NCBI GenBank assembly: GCA_035527835.1
Contig: DATKZS010000109.1
Location: 819 to 64,818 of the forward strand
DNA from: a bacterium
GTDB lineage: Bacteria; RBG-13-61-14; DATKZS01
Direction: 5' to 3'
Length of the DNA: 64,000 bases
In this document: piece by piece, positions 27,762 to 38,164 of the stretch
Layout of the letters: each line of letters begins with the position of its first letter
How positions within the stretch are numbered: the stretch's first letter is position 1
Program-made: the position numbers and the translations under genes
Notes under the pieces: generated by a model
The model's input: only the letters and a program-made list of their open reading frames with translations
Told to the model about the DNA's origin: nothing
Database searches by the model: none

Positions 27762-28652
27762 TCATCCGTTGGTCCGATGCGCCAATTCATCGAAGATTTT
27801 ATCCGCGAGGTAACTGGAGCGTACCAGGGGCCCGGCGAAGACGGTGAGGCCGAGGGCTCGGCCGTATGCGGATAGCTCGTCATATTCGCGAGGCTCCCAG
27901 AAGCGGGCCACGGGCAGGCGACCGCGGCGGGGCTGAAGGTATTGGCCGATGGTGACGATGGCGCAGCCGGCGGCCGCGAGGTCGTTAAGCGCGGCCTTGA
28001 CCTCGTCCTTGTCCTCGCCCAGGCCGACCATGAGGCCGGACTTGATCACGGTCCCGGCGCCGGCCTCGCAAGCCAGCTCGCGGGCCCGGGAGAGGACGGC
28101 CAGCGAGCGGAGATAGTCCGCCGCGGGCCGCACCGCCGGGTAGAGGCGGGAAACGGTCTCCAGGTTGTGGTTGAACACGTGGGGCGCCGCGGCCATGACC
28201 GTGCGCACCGCATCCGGGTCGCCCCGGAAGTCCGGGGTCAGGACCTCGATGCTCGCCGCGGGCAGGCGCGACTTGAGCGCGAGGATGACTGATGCGAAGT
28301 GGGCGGCGCCGCCGTCGGCGAGGTCGTCGCGGGTGACGGAGGTCACGACCACGTGCCTGAGCCCGAGCTCGGCGGCGGCCGAGGCGACGGCCTGCGGCTC
28401 GGCCGGGTCGAGCGGGAGCGGGCTTCCGGGAGTGACGGCGCAGAAGCGGCAGGCGCGGGAGCAGCGATTGCCCATGATGAGGAAGGCGGCGGTGGGCCGG
28501 GAGAAGCATTCCGTGATGTTGGGGCAGCGGGCGGACTCGCACACGGTGTGCAGCGACGAGCGGCGCAGGCGGACCTTCACCTCCCGCGCGGCTGCCCGCG
28601 AGCGGCAGGGGTTGAGGACGTAATGTGGGAGCCGGTCAATTTTGCGCTTCAT
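27762..28652 (-). CDS. lipA: lipoyl synthase
   Basis: Motifs CESARCPNITEC and CSRACRFC (two Fe-S cluster motifs) are present, and the length is typical. Confidence 0.9.
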   Translation of the reverse strand: MKRKIDRLPHYVLNPCRSRAAAREVKVRLRRSSLHTVCESARCPNITECFSRPTAAFLIMGNRCSRACRFCAVTPGSPLPLDPAEPQAVASAAAELGLRHVVVTSVTRDDLADGGAAHFASVILALKSRLPAASIEVLTPDFRGDPDAVRTVMAAAPHVFNHNLETVSRLYPAVRPAADYLRSLAVLSRARELACEAGAGTVIKSGLMVGLGEDKDEVKAALNDLAAAGCAIVTIGQYLQPRRGRLPVARFWEPREYDELSAYGRALGLTVFAGPLVRSSYLADKIFDELAHRTNG

Positions 28653-28717
28653 GGCGGTTAAATTTTATGGCCGGCGGCCGGGCGATGCAATGAGCCGATA
28701 AAAGCAGACAAGAAGAT

Positions 28718-28800
28718 TACCGCCAAGACGCCAAGGCCTCCAAGAACGCCAAGAAAAAATATTTTTATTAATTCTTGGCAACCTTGGCGTCTTGGCGGTG
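28718..28800. repeat. palindromic GCCAAGACGCCAAGG-type element (copy 2 of 3)
   Basis: Sequence accgccaagacgccaaggcctccaagaacgccaagaaaaaa, then an AT loop, then cttggcaaccttggcgtcttggcggtg. Confidence 0.65.
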
Positions 28801-29000
28801 ACCTTTTTGCCGATACCTTTCGAGAACGGACTCTCCCTGATCATCGCAGCGGCACCAGCCCTTTCTTGCTGGCCGGACGGGTGACGGCGGCGCTGATCGG
28901 GACGGGGCCGGCTCGCGTTACCATTGCCGCTGATCTGGGTTATACTGAATTTAAGAATATCTGAGATGGTTCGTCAAGGGAAGGGTAATAAGGAGCGCGG

Positions 29001-29951
29001 ATGGGCAAGGGCCAGGGAAAATACGTATTCGGTCCGGTGCCGTCGCGGCGGCTGGGGCGGTCGCTGGGGGTTGACCTGATCCCCTATAAGACCTGCTCTT
29101 ACGATTGCGTGTACTGCCAGATCGGCCGGTCGGAAGCGACGACCATCGAGCGCAAGGTTTATGCTCCCGCCCGCGCCGTGATCGAGCAGGTCCGGGAGCG
29201 GCTTAATCGCGGCGCCGCCCCCGACGTAATCACCATCTCCGGGTCGGGCGAGCCCACGCTGCACGCGGAGATCGGGGACGTGATCGCGGCCATCAAGGGC
29301 ATGACCGCCGCGCCGGTGGCGGTGCTGACCAACGGGTCGCTGCTCTTTCTGCCCGAGGTGAGGCGGGCGCTGATGGACGCGGACATCGTGGCGCCGGACC
29401 TGGACGCGGCCGATCCGGAGACGTTCCAGAGCGTCAACCGGCCGCACCCGGAGCTTAAGCTTTCCGAGATCATCGCCGGCTTGCGGTCGTTCGCCCGGGA
29501 GTACCGGGGCCGGCTGCTGCTCGAGGTCTTTCTGGCGGAGGGCCTGAACGCGGACGCGGCCCAAGTTGCGAAGCTCGCGGCCATCGCCCGCGGTCTCAAG
29601 TCCGGCCGGGTGCAGCTCAACACGGTGAGCCGGCCGCCGGCCGAGCAGTGCGCGCTGGCGGTGTCGCGGGAGAAGATGGCCGAGCTCGCGGCGCTGTTCG
29701 AGCCGCCGGCCGAGGTGATCGCGGATTTCCGGGCGGGCGTTAAATCAGCTCCCGCGGCCTCCGGGAGCGGCGCCGAAGTTCTGGCCATGCTGTCCCGCCG
29801 GCCGTGCACCATGGAGGACATCGCGGCGGGGCTGAGCTTGAGCCGGAAGCAGGCGCGGGAATTGGTGGACAAGCTGATCAAGGACAAGCAGGCGCGCATT
29901 TACGAGCAGGGCGGCCGGACGTACTACGCGGCCCGCGGCCGGGAGCGGTGA
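29001..29951 (+). CDS. radical SAM protein (COG0731-like Fe-S oxidoreductase)
   Basis: N-terminus FGPVPSRRLGRSLGVDLIPYKTCSYDCVYCQ carries the CxxxCxxC motif. A GGAGCG Shine-Dalgarno precedes the start. Confidence 0.75.
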   Translation: MGKGQGKYVFGPVPSRRLGRSLGVDLIPYKTCSYDCVYCQIGRSEATTIERKVYAPARAVIEQVRERLNRGAAPDVITISGSGEPTLHAEIGDVIAAIKGMTAAPVAVLTNGSLLFLPEVRRALMDADIVAPDLDAADPETFQSVNRPHPELKLSEIIAGLRSFAREYRGRLLLEVFLAEGLNADAAQVAKLAAIARGLKSGRVQLNTVSRPPAEQCALAVSREKMAELAALFEPPAEVIADFRAGVKSAPAASGSGAEVLAMLSRRPCTMEDIAAGLSLSRKQARELVDKLIKDKQARIYEQGGRTYYAARGRER

Positions 29952-30047
29952 CCGCGCGGCAAGGTCCGGCCGGGCCCCGAGCCCGCGGCCCGTTCTTTGA
30001 CCCCCCTGAGCCATGCGGTTATAATAAAATTCAAGGAGGCCAAGGAC

Positions 30048-30965
30048 ATGAAAAAGAGCGCACTGATTTTCGGTCTTTTCCTGGCACTGGCGCTGGTTCT
30101 CGCTTGCTGCGCTCCCAAGAAGCCGGCGGGCCCGCCGCAGGAGCTGGTTGACGAGATCGGGGCGGCCGAGTCGGTTTACCATGACCTGAGCGCGCTGAAC
30201 CCGTCGGACCAGAACAGCGCGTCCTATCGCGCGCTGATCGCGGACGCCAAGGGCAAGTTGGACGCGGGCGACTACAAAGGGGCGATGGCCAAGGCCCGGG
30301 CGGCGCACCTGGAGGCCGAGCGGCTCTACGCGCGCCTGGTTTACGCGGAGCTGGAAAAATACCACCCGCCCACGCCGCTAACCTATCACTACCGGCAGGG
30401 GCTCAAATCCTCGGACGACGCCCAGAAGGCCGGCGACATCCCGGGCGCGATCAAGGCGGCGCAGGACGCGCGGGAGCAGGCGCGGCTCGCCCTGCAACTG
30501 CAGAAGCAGTGCATGGACGACATGGCGCAGCGTCTGGCGGGCTTGAAAAACGAAATCGAGCTGCTTTACAAGCCGAACCTGGATCTCATTTTGCTTTACT
30601 GGGACTCGATGGACTCGCTTCCCCAGCTTGACTGCGAGAAGAGCAAGGCCATGGTTAACGAACTGGCCCGCTGGGTCGCGCAGTTCAAGGCCAACACCAT
30701 CGCGATGCAGCGGGTGTATTACGTGAACGCCTCGTTCGACTACATCAAGATGTACGGCGACCCGTACATGTACGGGGAGGTCACTCCTGACGGGAAGCTG
30801 AAGACCCGGGTTGACCAGGTGCAGGTGGGCCAGCCGTTGACGTTCATCCGGAGCATGCTGTTTTCCCGGGACAAGACCCTTTATTTCGTGGAGGACCAGC
30901 GCAACGGCGTGGAGGGCTGGATGGCGGAGGAGCGGGTTTGGCCGGAGCGCGCGATGCAGCACTAA
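30048..30965 (+). CDS. secreted/lipoprotein of unknown function
   Basis: The start MKKSALIFGLFLALALVLACC (signal peptide with Cys) is preceded by an AAGGAGG Shine-Dalgarno. The longer ORF from 29997 lacks a ribosome-binding site. Confidence 0.5.
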   Translation: MKKSALIFGLFLALALVLACCAPKKPAGPPQELVDEIGAAESVYHDLSALNPSDQNSASYRALIADAKGKLDAGDYKGAMAKARAAHLEAERLYARLVYAELEKYHPPTPLTYHYRQGLKSSDDAQKAGDIPGAIKAAQDAREQARLALQLQKQCMDDMAQRLAGLKNEIELLYKPNLDLILLYWDSMDSLPQLDCEKSKAMVNELARWVAQFKANTIAMQRVYYVNASFDYIKMYGDPYMYGEVTPDGKLKTRVDQVQVGQPLTFIRSMLFSRDKTLYFVEDQRNGVEGWMAEERVWPERAMQH

Positions 30966-30975
30966 GGACACGGAA

Positions 30976-31557
30976 ATGGCCATTACCCAGGAAGCCGATG
31001 AACACCTGATCGGACAGGCGCGTTCGGGAGACGCGGCGGCGTTCGAGGCGCTGATCGAGCGTTACCGGAGCCGGGTTTTCCGGCTGGCGGTTCGTTTCAC
31101 GCGGAACCCGGACGACGCTCAGGAGGTCTTACAAGAGGTATTTTTCACGGTTTACCAGAAGCTGGGTCAGTTCGAGGGCAAGTCCGCGTTCTCGACCTGG
31201 CTTTACCGGGTGGCGGTGAACACGGCGCTGATGCGGCTCCGGGGCCGGGACAAGGCGGAGCTGGTTTCGATCTCGGAATTCCCCGACGATTCGCTTCCCG
31301 GCGAAACGGAAGGCAAGGGGCCCGAGGACAAGATCATGACGGAACAGGCGCTGGCCCGGATCGAGCGGGCGATGATCCCGCTGCCGGCGGACTTCAAGAC
31401 GGTGCTGATCCTGCGCGACATCGAGGACTTCTCGAACGAGGAGACGGCGGAGATCATGGGCCTCTCGGTTGCGGCGGTCAAGTCGAGGCTGCACCGGGCG
31501 CGCGGCTTCATGCGCAAGAAGCTCGAGGACCTATACAAGGAGACCACGCAGCCGTAA
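30976..31557 (+). CDS. ECF-family RNA polymerase sigma factor
   Basis: Sigma-2 region FEALIERYRSRVFRLAVRF...AQEVLQEVFF and sigma-4 region ETAEIMGLSVAAVKSRLHRAR are present. Confidence 0.85.
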   Translation: MAITQEADEHLIGQARSGDAAAFEALIERYRSRVFRLAVRFTRNPDDAQEVLQEVFFTVYQKLGQFEGKSAFSTWLYRVAVNTALMRLRGRDKAELVSISEFPDDSLPGETEGKGPEDKIMTEQALARIERAMIPLPADFKTVLILRDIEDFSNEETAEIMGLSVAAVKSRLHRARGFMRKKLEDLYKETTQP

Positions 31558-31614
31558 GGGCCGGCGGGCAGGGGCGCCGGGGGCGGATAATAAAAGCTGA
31601 AAGGGACGCTCGCG

Positions 31615-32376
31615 ATGAAGATGCTCCAAGATGAGAACGAGCTTTATTGCCTGGAACAACTGGGGATCCAGAACGCGCGGGGCGACGTGGCGCGCCGGAT
31701 CCGCGAGTTGGCGCCGGCGCTTTCGGAGGATGAGCTGTTGTCGCTTTCACTGGACCGGGGCCGCTTTTTGATCGTGGACCTGGAGACGACGGGGATGAAG
31801 GCCCGGCGGGCGCAGGTGATGGAGATCGGCGCGGTGGAGGTTGACGGGTTCGCGCTGGGCCGCGAGTTCGCCACGCTGGTCAACCCCGGAGTCCCGGTGC
31901 CTCCGTTCATCGCGTCGCTCACGGGCATCCGCACCAACATGCTGATCGAGGCGCCGGGTATCGGGGCGGTGTTGCCGCTCGTGGAGCGGATGCTGCGGGG
32001 CCGGGTGCTGGTGGCGCACAACCTTCGCTTCGACGCCTCCTTCCTGGAATCGGCCTGGGACCAGGTTTTCGGCCGCAAGATCGAGGCGCCGACCCTGTGC
32101 ACGGTGCGGCTGGCGCGGCGGGTGTTCCCGGAGCTTGGCTCCCACAGCCTCGACGCGGTGGCCGCGCACCTGGGCATCCGGCCCGAGCCGGACGGGGCCA
32201 AGGCCCGGCACCGGGCGCTGGGCGACGCCCGCATGACCGCGGCGCTCCTAGTGCAGGTCTGCATGAGGCTCCGGGGCGAGGGCGTGGAGAGCGTGGCCGA
32301 CCTGATCGCGTTCCAGTCGTCGCGCCGGGCCCGGAAGAGGCTCGGCAAGCCGCAGGCCCGTCCGACCCTTAGTTAG
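31615..32376 (+). CDS. DnaQ-like 3'-5' exonuclease (DEDDh)
   Basis: Exo I LIVDLETTG, Exo II VAHNLRFD, and Exo III HRALGDA are present. Confidence 0.75.
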   Translation: MKMLQDENELYCLEQLGIQNARGDVARRIRELAPALSEDELLSLSLDRGRFLIVDLETTGMKARRAQVMEIGAVEVDGFALGREFATLVNPGVPVPPFIASLTGIRTNMLIEAPGIGAVLPLVERMLRGRVLVAHNLRFDASFLESAWDQVFGRKIEAPTLCTVRLARRVFPELGSHSLDAVAAHLGIRPEPDGAKARHRALGDARMTAALLVQVCMRLRGEGVESVADLIAFQSSRRARKRLGKPQARPTLS

Positions 32377-32432
32377 TCGCGCGCGGCCGGCCCGCGCTTT
32401 GTTGTTCCGGCACTCCGTGCTAATTATCCTTA

Positions 32433-33998
32433 GTGGCCATGACACCAAACCATCCCACCGGATTCAATCCCCATCTTAAGCGGGTGATGCTGATCTTCCC
32501 GCCGAGCACCACCTGCGCGCGCTTCGAGCCCATGGTTTCGACGCCGATGGGGATCGCGTACCTGGCGGCGACGCTCCGGGAGGCGGGCTACGAGGTGGCG
32601 TGCCTGGACGCGCTATGCGAGGCCCCGCGGCAGGAGACGCTGGTATCGGAGGACATCTTCCGGCTGGGGTTGAGCTACGACCAGATCATCGCTCGGATCC
32701 GCGAGTTCCAGCCGGAGGTGGTGGGGATCTCGTGCATTTTTTCCAACCAGTGGCCGGCGGCCAGAGAGCTGTCGCGTCGGATCAAGGCGCAGGACCCCGA
32801 CCTCGTGGTGTGCACCGGCGGGGCGCATCCGTCCTTTTTAAGCGAGCGGTGCATGAACGACGCGCCGCTGGATTTCATCGTCAAGGGCGAGGCCGAGGAA
32901 AGCTTTCCCGAGCTCTTGGGGCGGCTTCGGAAGGAGCGGCCATTTGACGACATTGACGGACTCGTCTGGCGTGACGGCGGGTCGTTGCGGCAGAACCCGA
33001 AGACGCGCTTCATCCGGGACCTCGACCGTCTGCCCTTTCCCGCCCATGACCTGTTAAACCCGGAGAGCTATTTCCGGGTGGGTCTGCCCATGGGCTACGA
33101 CTTCGTGAGCCCGCGCAACCTCCCGGTCATGACCTCGCGCGGCTGTCCCTGCTCGTGCACCTTCTGCTCCAGCGCGAACTTGTGGGGCCGGCATTACCGC
33201 ACGCGCTCATCCGCCAACGTGCTCGCGGAGCTGGACTGGCTCCAGGACCGGTTCCAGGTCAAGGAGATCAAGTTCCAGGACGACAACCTGACGGTGGACC
33301 GCAAGCGGGCGCGGGAGCTGTTTAACGGCATGGCTGACCGCGGCCGGCACCTGATGTGGAACACGCCGAACGGGATCGCGGTGTGGACCCTGGACGAGGA
33401 GATGCTCGGGCTGATGAAGCGCTCCGGCTGTTTCGGGATCACCATGGCCATCGAGAGCGGCGACCAGGAGGTGCTGTCGTCGCTGATCCGGAAGCCGCTC
33501 AAGCTCGACAAGGTGAGGGAGGTGAACCGGGCCGCGCGGCGGCTGGGCATTTTCCGCGGCGCCTACTTCATCATCGGCTTCCCCGGCGAGACCCGGGAAC
33601 AGATAGGAAAGACCATCAGCTTCACGCGCGAGCTCAAGCTCGACAACTGCATCATCTTCATCTTTAACCCGCTGCCCGGCTCGGAGCTGTTTAAGGAGTG
33701 CCTCGCCCGCGGCTACATCACGGAGGAAAGCTTTTTCGAGACCGGGAACCAGTACTTCTCGTCGGTGATTGATTCGGAGCAGTGGAAGGCGGAGGAGCTG
33801 GAGCGCATGATCCAGCGCGAGTACGTGCGCAATTACCTGGCGCTGTTCCGAAACCCCGTGGTGGTGGGACGGCGGTATTACAACTACATCCGGCACCATC
33901 CGGCCGCGCTCGTTTACGCTTCCACCCGCGTCCTGCGGACGCTCAAGGAGCAGGTGCTCAAAAGGAGCGGCCGCGCCCTGCCCTCCCGCGGCGGCTAG
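32433..33998 (+). CDS. B12-binding domain radical SAM protein
   Basis: An N-terminal cobalamin-binding Rossmann segment is followed by the radical SAM CxxxCxxC motif (RGCPCSCTFC). Confidence 0.8.
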   Translation: MAMTPNHPTGFNPHLKRVMLIFPPSTTCARFEPMVSTPMGIAYLAATLREAGYEVACLDALCEAPRQETLVSEDIFRLGLSYDQIIARIREFQPEVVGISCIFSNQWPAARELSRRIKAQDPDLVVCTGGAHPSFLSERCMNDAPLDFIVKGEAEESFPELLGRLRKERPFDDIDGLVWRDGGSLRQNPKTRFIRDLDRLPFPAHDLLNPESYFRVGLPMGYDFVSPRNLPVMTSRGCPCSCTFCSSANLWGRHYRTRSSANVLAELDWLQDRFQVKEIKFQDDNLTVDRKRARELFNGMADRGRHLMWNTPNGIAVWTLDEEMLGLMKRSGCFGITMAIESGDQEVLSSLIRKPLKLDKVREVNRAARRLGIFRGAYFIIGFPGETREQIGKTISFTRELKLDNCIIFIFNPLPGSELFKECLARGYITEESFFETGNQYFSSVIDSEQWKAEELERMIQREYVRNYLALFRNPVVVGRRYYNYIRHHPAALVYASTRVLRTLKEQVLKRSGRALPSRGG

Positions 33999-34028
33999 AG
34001 GCCGCCCCCGGACCGAAGCACGGAAGAT

Positions 34029-34105
34029 ACCGCCAAGACGCCAAGGCCGCCAAGGAGAATAAGATTTATTTTTCTTGGCGGTCTTGGCGTCATGGCTGCT
34101 TGGCG
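34029..34105. repeat. palindromic GCCAAGACGCCAAGG-type element (copy 3 of 3)
   Basis: Sequence accgccaagacgccaaggccgccaaggagaataag, then an AT loop, then cttggcggtcttggcgtcatggctgcttggcg. It lies between convergent genes. Confidence 0.65.
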
Positions 34106-34136
34106 TAATTCTTATTGTCTCGTCCTTCCAGGAAAG

Positions 34137-35342
34137 TCACTCCTTTTGGTTCTGGTACTGGCGCAGGATGCGCTTGGCGACCACCACCTTGTGCACCTCG
34201 TCGGCGCCGTCGTAGATGCGGGCGGCGCGCTCCGAGCGGTAGAAGAAGGAGAGGATGGTGTCGTCGGACACCCCGAGCCCGCCGTGCACCTGGATGGCCT
34301 TGTCAATCACCTTGAGCATCATGTTGGCGGTGTAGAACTTGATGAGCGATATTTCCTCGCGGGCGGCGTAGGCCCCCTGGGTGTCGATCTTCCAGGCGGC
34401 GTGGAGGACCATGAGGCGCGCGGCGTGGATCTCGGCCCGGCACTCGGCGATCCAGGACTGGATGATCTGCTTGGTGGCCAGCGTCTTTCCGCCTCCCGCG
34501 TCGCGGCGCGCGGCGTAGGCGCACATGATCTCGAAGCTACGCTGCGCGATGCCGATGTAGCGCATGCAGTGGTGGATGCGGCCGGGACCCAGCCGCTCCT
34601 GGGCGATCACGAAGCCCTGGCCCTCCGGACCCAGCAGGTTGGTTTGCGGCACGCGGCAGTTCCGATACATGATCTCGCCGTGGGAGGCGTAGTCGTCGCC
34701 GGCGTGGCCCATCACCGAAATGTTGCGGACCAGCTCGAAGCCCGGCGTGTCGGTGGGCACGATGATCATGGAGGCTCGGACGTAGGGCGAGGCCGCCTCC
34801 GGGCTGGTGATGGCCATGACCACGGCAAAGGCGGCGCCGTCGGCCGAAGAGCTGTACCACTTGTGGCCGTTGATCACGTAATCGTTGCCGTCCTTTTTCG
34901 CGGTGGTGGCCATCTCGGTGGGGTTGGAGCCGGCGAACTCGGGCTCGGTCATGGAGAAGCAGGAGCGGATCTCGCCCTTGATCAGCGGCCACATCCATTT
35001 TTCGCGCTGTTCTTCGGTGGCGTACTTGGCCAGGATCTCGATGTTGCCGGCGTCGGGGGCCTGGCTCCCGAAAGTGTACGGGCCGATCGGCGAGCGCCCG
35101 ATCTCCTCGCAACACTGCGCGTAGCCCATGAAGCCGATGCCCACGCCGCCCAAGTCCCTGGGAAGCTGCGGCGCCCACAGCTCCATCTGCTTCACCTTTC
35201 GCCGGGCCTCGGCCAGCCGGGGCTTCATCTCCTTGAAGCTCTTGCCCAGGAAATGCGGCTCCAGAGGATAGACCTCCTTGTCCATGAACTCCCGGATCAT
35301 CTCCAGGATCGTCTGCGTCTTTGAATCAATCCCGAACTCCAT
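34137..35342 (-). CDS. acyl-CoA dehydrogenase
   Basis: ACAD signatures include the catalytic base near the C-terminus, GGxG motifs, and a FAD-binding segment. The length is about 400 aa. Confidence 0.85.
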   Translation of the reverse strand: MEFGIDSKTQTILEMIREFMDKEVYPLEPHFLGKSFKEMKPRLAEARRKVKQMELWAPQLPRDLGGVGIGFMGYAQCCEEIGRSPIGPYTFGSQAPDAGNIEILAKYATEEQREKWMWPLIKGEIRSCFSMTEPEFAGSNPTEMATTAKKDGNDYVINGHKWYSSSADGAAFAVVMAITSPEAASPYVRASMIIVPTDTPGFELVRNISVMGHAGDDYASHGEIMYRNCRVPQTNLLGPEGQGFVIAQERLGPGRIHHCMRYIGIAQRSFEIMCAYAARRDAGGGKTLATKQIIQSWIAECRAEIHAARLMVLHAAWKIDTQGAYAAREEISLIKFYTANMMLKVIDKAIQVHGGLGVSDDTILSFFYRSERAARIYDGADEVHKVVVAKRILRQYQNQKE

Positions 35343-35470
35343 GTCACTCCTCCTTACTATTGCGCGGCCCTATTTTTTTCCCGCTCAATACCTATTACAA
35401 TTTTCCCGCCTTGCTTCTTGAATTTCAATAAACTCTTCTCTGCGTCCTCTGCGCCTCCGCAGTTAAAGAA

Positions 35471-36196
35471 TCACCTGTAACTAATCAGTGAAGGATCATT
35501 GAGATGCGGCGTTCCGTTGAAGCCGGCCAGCGAGAACTTATCGCCGCTGTAGCGGAACTCGGTGATGGAGCTGTTGCTGATGGACCAGCCCAAGTCGAGC
35601 GCGATCTTGTCGGGGCTCTGGAGGGCGCGCTGCACGGCGGCGGAGATGGGCCCGCCGGAGGTGAAGACGGCCACGGTCTTTCCCGAGTCGTGCCGGGCCA
35701 TGACCGATGAGAGTCCGCGGTTCACGCGCGCGGTGAAGTCGCGCCACGACTCCAGGCCCTGGACGTTGAGCTCGCCCTTCACCCATAAATCCATGATCCG
35801 CGCGAACATGCGCTGGAAGTCCTCCTTGTTGCCCCTGAGGTCGGGCTTGCCGTCGGGCGAGAGTTTTTTAGCGAGCTCCAGGATGTCGGGGTGCTTGGCG
35901 ATGAGGTCGGGGATGGAGCCGGTCAGGATGGCCGCGGTGTCGTACTCGTTCCACTCGGCCATCTCTTGGAGCTCGGGAAAGGGCAGGCCGGCGTCTTCAT
36001 AGGCCGTACGCACGAAGGATGCGCTGGCCTTCTGGCGCTCGAGGGCGCCGGCGATGGCCGCGTCAATCTTGACCCGCCATTTGGCCCAGTACTCGCCCAA
36101 CGCGCGGCTCTGGCGCTGGCCGAGCTCGGAGAGCCGGTCGTAATCAGCCTGGCCGAAGGAGGCCTGGCCGTGCCTTACCAGATAGAGCGTGCTCAT
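35471..36196 (-). CDS. histidine phosphatase family protein (PGM-like branch)
   Basis: The start MSTLYLVRHGQASFG carries the RHG catalytic motif. The longer ORF to 36244 adds an implausible leader. Confidence 0.7.
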   Translation of the reverse strand: MSTLYLVRHGQASFGQADYDRLSELGQRQSRALGEYWAKWRVKIDAAIAGALERQKASASFVRTAYEDAGLPFPELQEMAEWNEYDTAAILTGSIPDLIAKHPDILELAKKLSPDGKPDLRGNKEDFQRMFARIMDLWVKGELNVQGLESWRDFTARVNRGLSSVMARHDSGKTVAVFTSGGPISAAVQRALQSPDKIALDLGWSISNSSITEFRYSGDKFSLAGFNGTPHLNDPSLISYR

Positions 36197-36322
36197 TTCG
36201 TGTTTCCTGGAGAAGCGGCCATGATTGTATCCGCACCGGCCCATAATATACTATGGAAATGACGCGGCCATCGCGACCAGAGCGCCGGCGCCGCATCAAG
36301 GCCCGCGAATAAAAAGGTTATC

Positions 36323-37099
36323 ATGAAAATCCTGGTTTGCGTAAAATCCGTTCCGTCTCCGGAGTCGCGCTTCCGGATCAACGCGTCCGGCACCGGCTAC
36401 GACGAGTCGGGGCTCACGTTCCACGTGAACGAGTACGACCTTTACGCGATGGAGGAAGCGGCGCGGATCAAGGAGCGGTTCGGCGACGTTTCGATCACCG
36501 TGGTCTCGGTGGGTCCGCCGCGCGTCGTGGAGCAGGTCCGGAAGGCCATGGGCCTGGGCGCGGAGGAAGGGGCGGTGATTGACGACTCGGAGGCCCCGGC
36601 CGGCGACGCGCTGGCGGCGGCGGCGCTGCTCGCGAATTGGGCGCGCGCGGAAAGATATGACCTGGTGCTGTGCGGGGTGATGTCGGAGAACATGCAGCGC
36701 GGCGCGACCGGGCCGATGCTGGCCGAGCTCCTTCATCTTCCCTGCGCCACCACGGTCATCGCCGAGCGGATCGAGGACGGCCGCAAGAGCATTCTGTGCG
36801 AGCGCGAGCTGGAGGGAGGAGTGCGCGAGCGAGTGCGGCTCCCGCTCCCGGCGCTCATCACGGTGCAGTCCGGGATCAACGCGCCGCGCTACGCGTCGCT
36901 CAGCAACGTGCTCCGGGCCAAGGGCCGCGAGGTACCGGTGATCAAGGCGGCGGAGCTCGGCGGGGCCGCGCGCCGGAGCGAGGCGGTAAGGCGGGCCTAC
37001 CTGCACAAGCGGTCCGGCGCGTGCGAGATATTGACGGGAGACCTGGACACGATGGCGGAAAAATTAGCGGAGCGTATCAGGGCGCGGGTGCCGCGTTAA
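36323..37099 (+). CDS. etfB: electron transfer flavoprotein beta subunit
   Basis: The start MKILVCVKSVP and the typical EtfB fold and length are present. Confidence 0.85.
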   Translation: MKILVCVKSVPSPESRFRINASGTGYDESGLTFHVNEYDLYAMEEAARIKERFGDVSITVVSVGPPRVVEQVRKAMGLGAEEGAVIDDSEAPAGDALAAAALLANWARAERYDLVLCGVMSENMQRGATGPMLAELLHLPCATTVIAERIEDGRKSILCERELEGGVRERVRLPLPALITVQSGINAPRYASLSNVLRAKGREVPVIKAAELGGAARRSEAVRRAYLHKRSGACEILTGDLDTMAEKLAERIRARVPR

Positions 37100-37127
37100 T
37101 ATGCCCGTGGCGCGAGGTGGTTAAAGG

Positions 37128-38114
37128 TTGGGAAAAGAAATACTGGTGGTGGCGGAGCACGGGGGCGGCGCGCTCCGGCCGGAGTCGCTGGAGGCCGCGG
37201 CCTGCGGGCGCGAGCTCGCGGAGCTCACGGGCGGGAGCGTCACCGGGGTGGTGCTGTCGGCCCCGGGCCTGCCGCCGGCCGGGGAGTTCGCGGCGCGGGC
37301 CGGCATTGAAGTCGTGGCGCTTACGCATCCGGAGCTCGATCTCTACAACGCCGAGGCTTACCTGTCCGCGCTCGCCGCGCTGATGAATGAACGCCGGCCG
37401 GCGTACGTGCTGATCCCGCACACGGCCACGGGGTGGGACTACGCGGCGCGGCTGGCGGTAAGGACGGGCGCGTCGTACCTGGCCGCGGTCACCGCGATCA
37501 TGGCCGGCGATCCTCCCGCGTTCACGCGCTCGATCTGCCACGGGAAGATCGCGATGGAGGTCATGCCGGCGGAAGGGACGGCGGTGGTGACGGTGATGCC
37601 GGGGGCGTTTGCGAATTCGATGGTCGCGACTAAAGTCGCTCCCACGGATGAGGAGATTGGCGGGGTGGAGAGGCTGGAGGCGGCGGTGGACCTGCGGGGC
37701 ACGCGCGCGCGGGGATACGTTGAGGCGAAGCGGCGGGCGCTGGACCTGGGCCAGGCGGAGGTGATCGTGGCGGCGGGCCGGGGCGTGGAAAAGCCGGAAA
37801 ACCTGGGGCTGATCCGCGAGCTGGCGGCGTGCTTCGAGCGGGGCGCGGTGGGAGCGTCGCGGCCGCTGGTGGACATGGGCTGGCTGCCGCTGGACCATCA
37901 GGTGGGCCAGACCGGGCAGACGGTGGCGCCACGGCTCTACTTGGCCTGCGGCATCTCCGGGGCCATCCAGCACACCGCGGGCATGAAGAACTCCGAGCTG
38001 ATCGTGGCCATCAACCTTGACCCCGGCGCCATGATTTTTGACGTGGCCCGCCTGGGAGTCGTCGCGGACCTTGTCGAGTTCATTCCGGCTTTGATCGGCA
38101 AGCTGCGGCGATAA
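37128..38114 (+). CDS. etfA: electron transfer flavoprotein alpha subunit
   Basis: The FAD-binding C-terminal domain carries ISGAIQHTAGMK, and the gene is adjacent to etfB. Confidence 0.85.
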   Translation: MGKEILVVAEHGGGALRPESLEAAACGRELAELTGGSVTGVVLSAPGLPPAGEFAARAGIEVVALTHPELDLYNAEAYLSALAALMNERRPAYVLIPHTATGWDYAARLAVRTGASYLAAVTAIMAGDPPAFTRSICHGKIAMEVMPAEGTAVVTVMPGAFANSMVATKVAPTDEEIGGVERLEAAVDLRGTRARGYVEAKRRALDLGQAEVIVAAGRGVEKPENLGLIRELAACFERGAVGASRPLVDMGWLPLDHQVGQTGQTVAPRLYLACGISGAIQHTAGMKNSELIVAINLDPGAMIFDVARLGVVADLVEFIPALIGKLRR

Positions 38115-38164
38115 AGCGCGAGCCGCCGCGCCCGAAGTTCGGCGGCACTGAGAAAGGACGCAAG

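Noticed and set aside
36323-38114. Possibility that etfAB, the acyl-CoA dehydrogenase, MaoC and the CoA-transferase form one fatty-acid beta-oxidation operon
   Set aside because: The genes are on different strands and are separated by unrelated genes (lipA, radical SAM, sigma factor). They probably form a loose metabolic neighbourhood rather than a single system.
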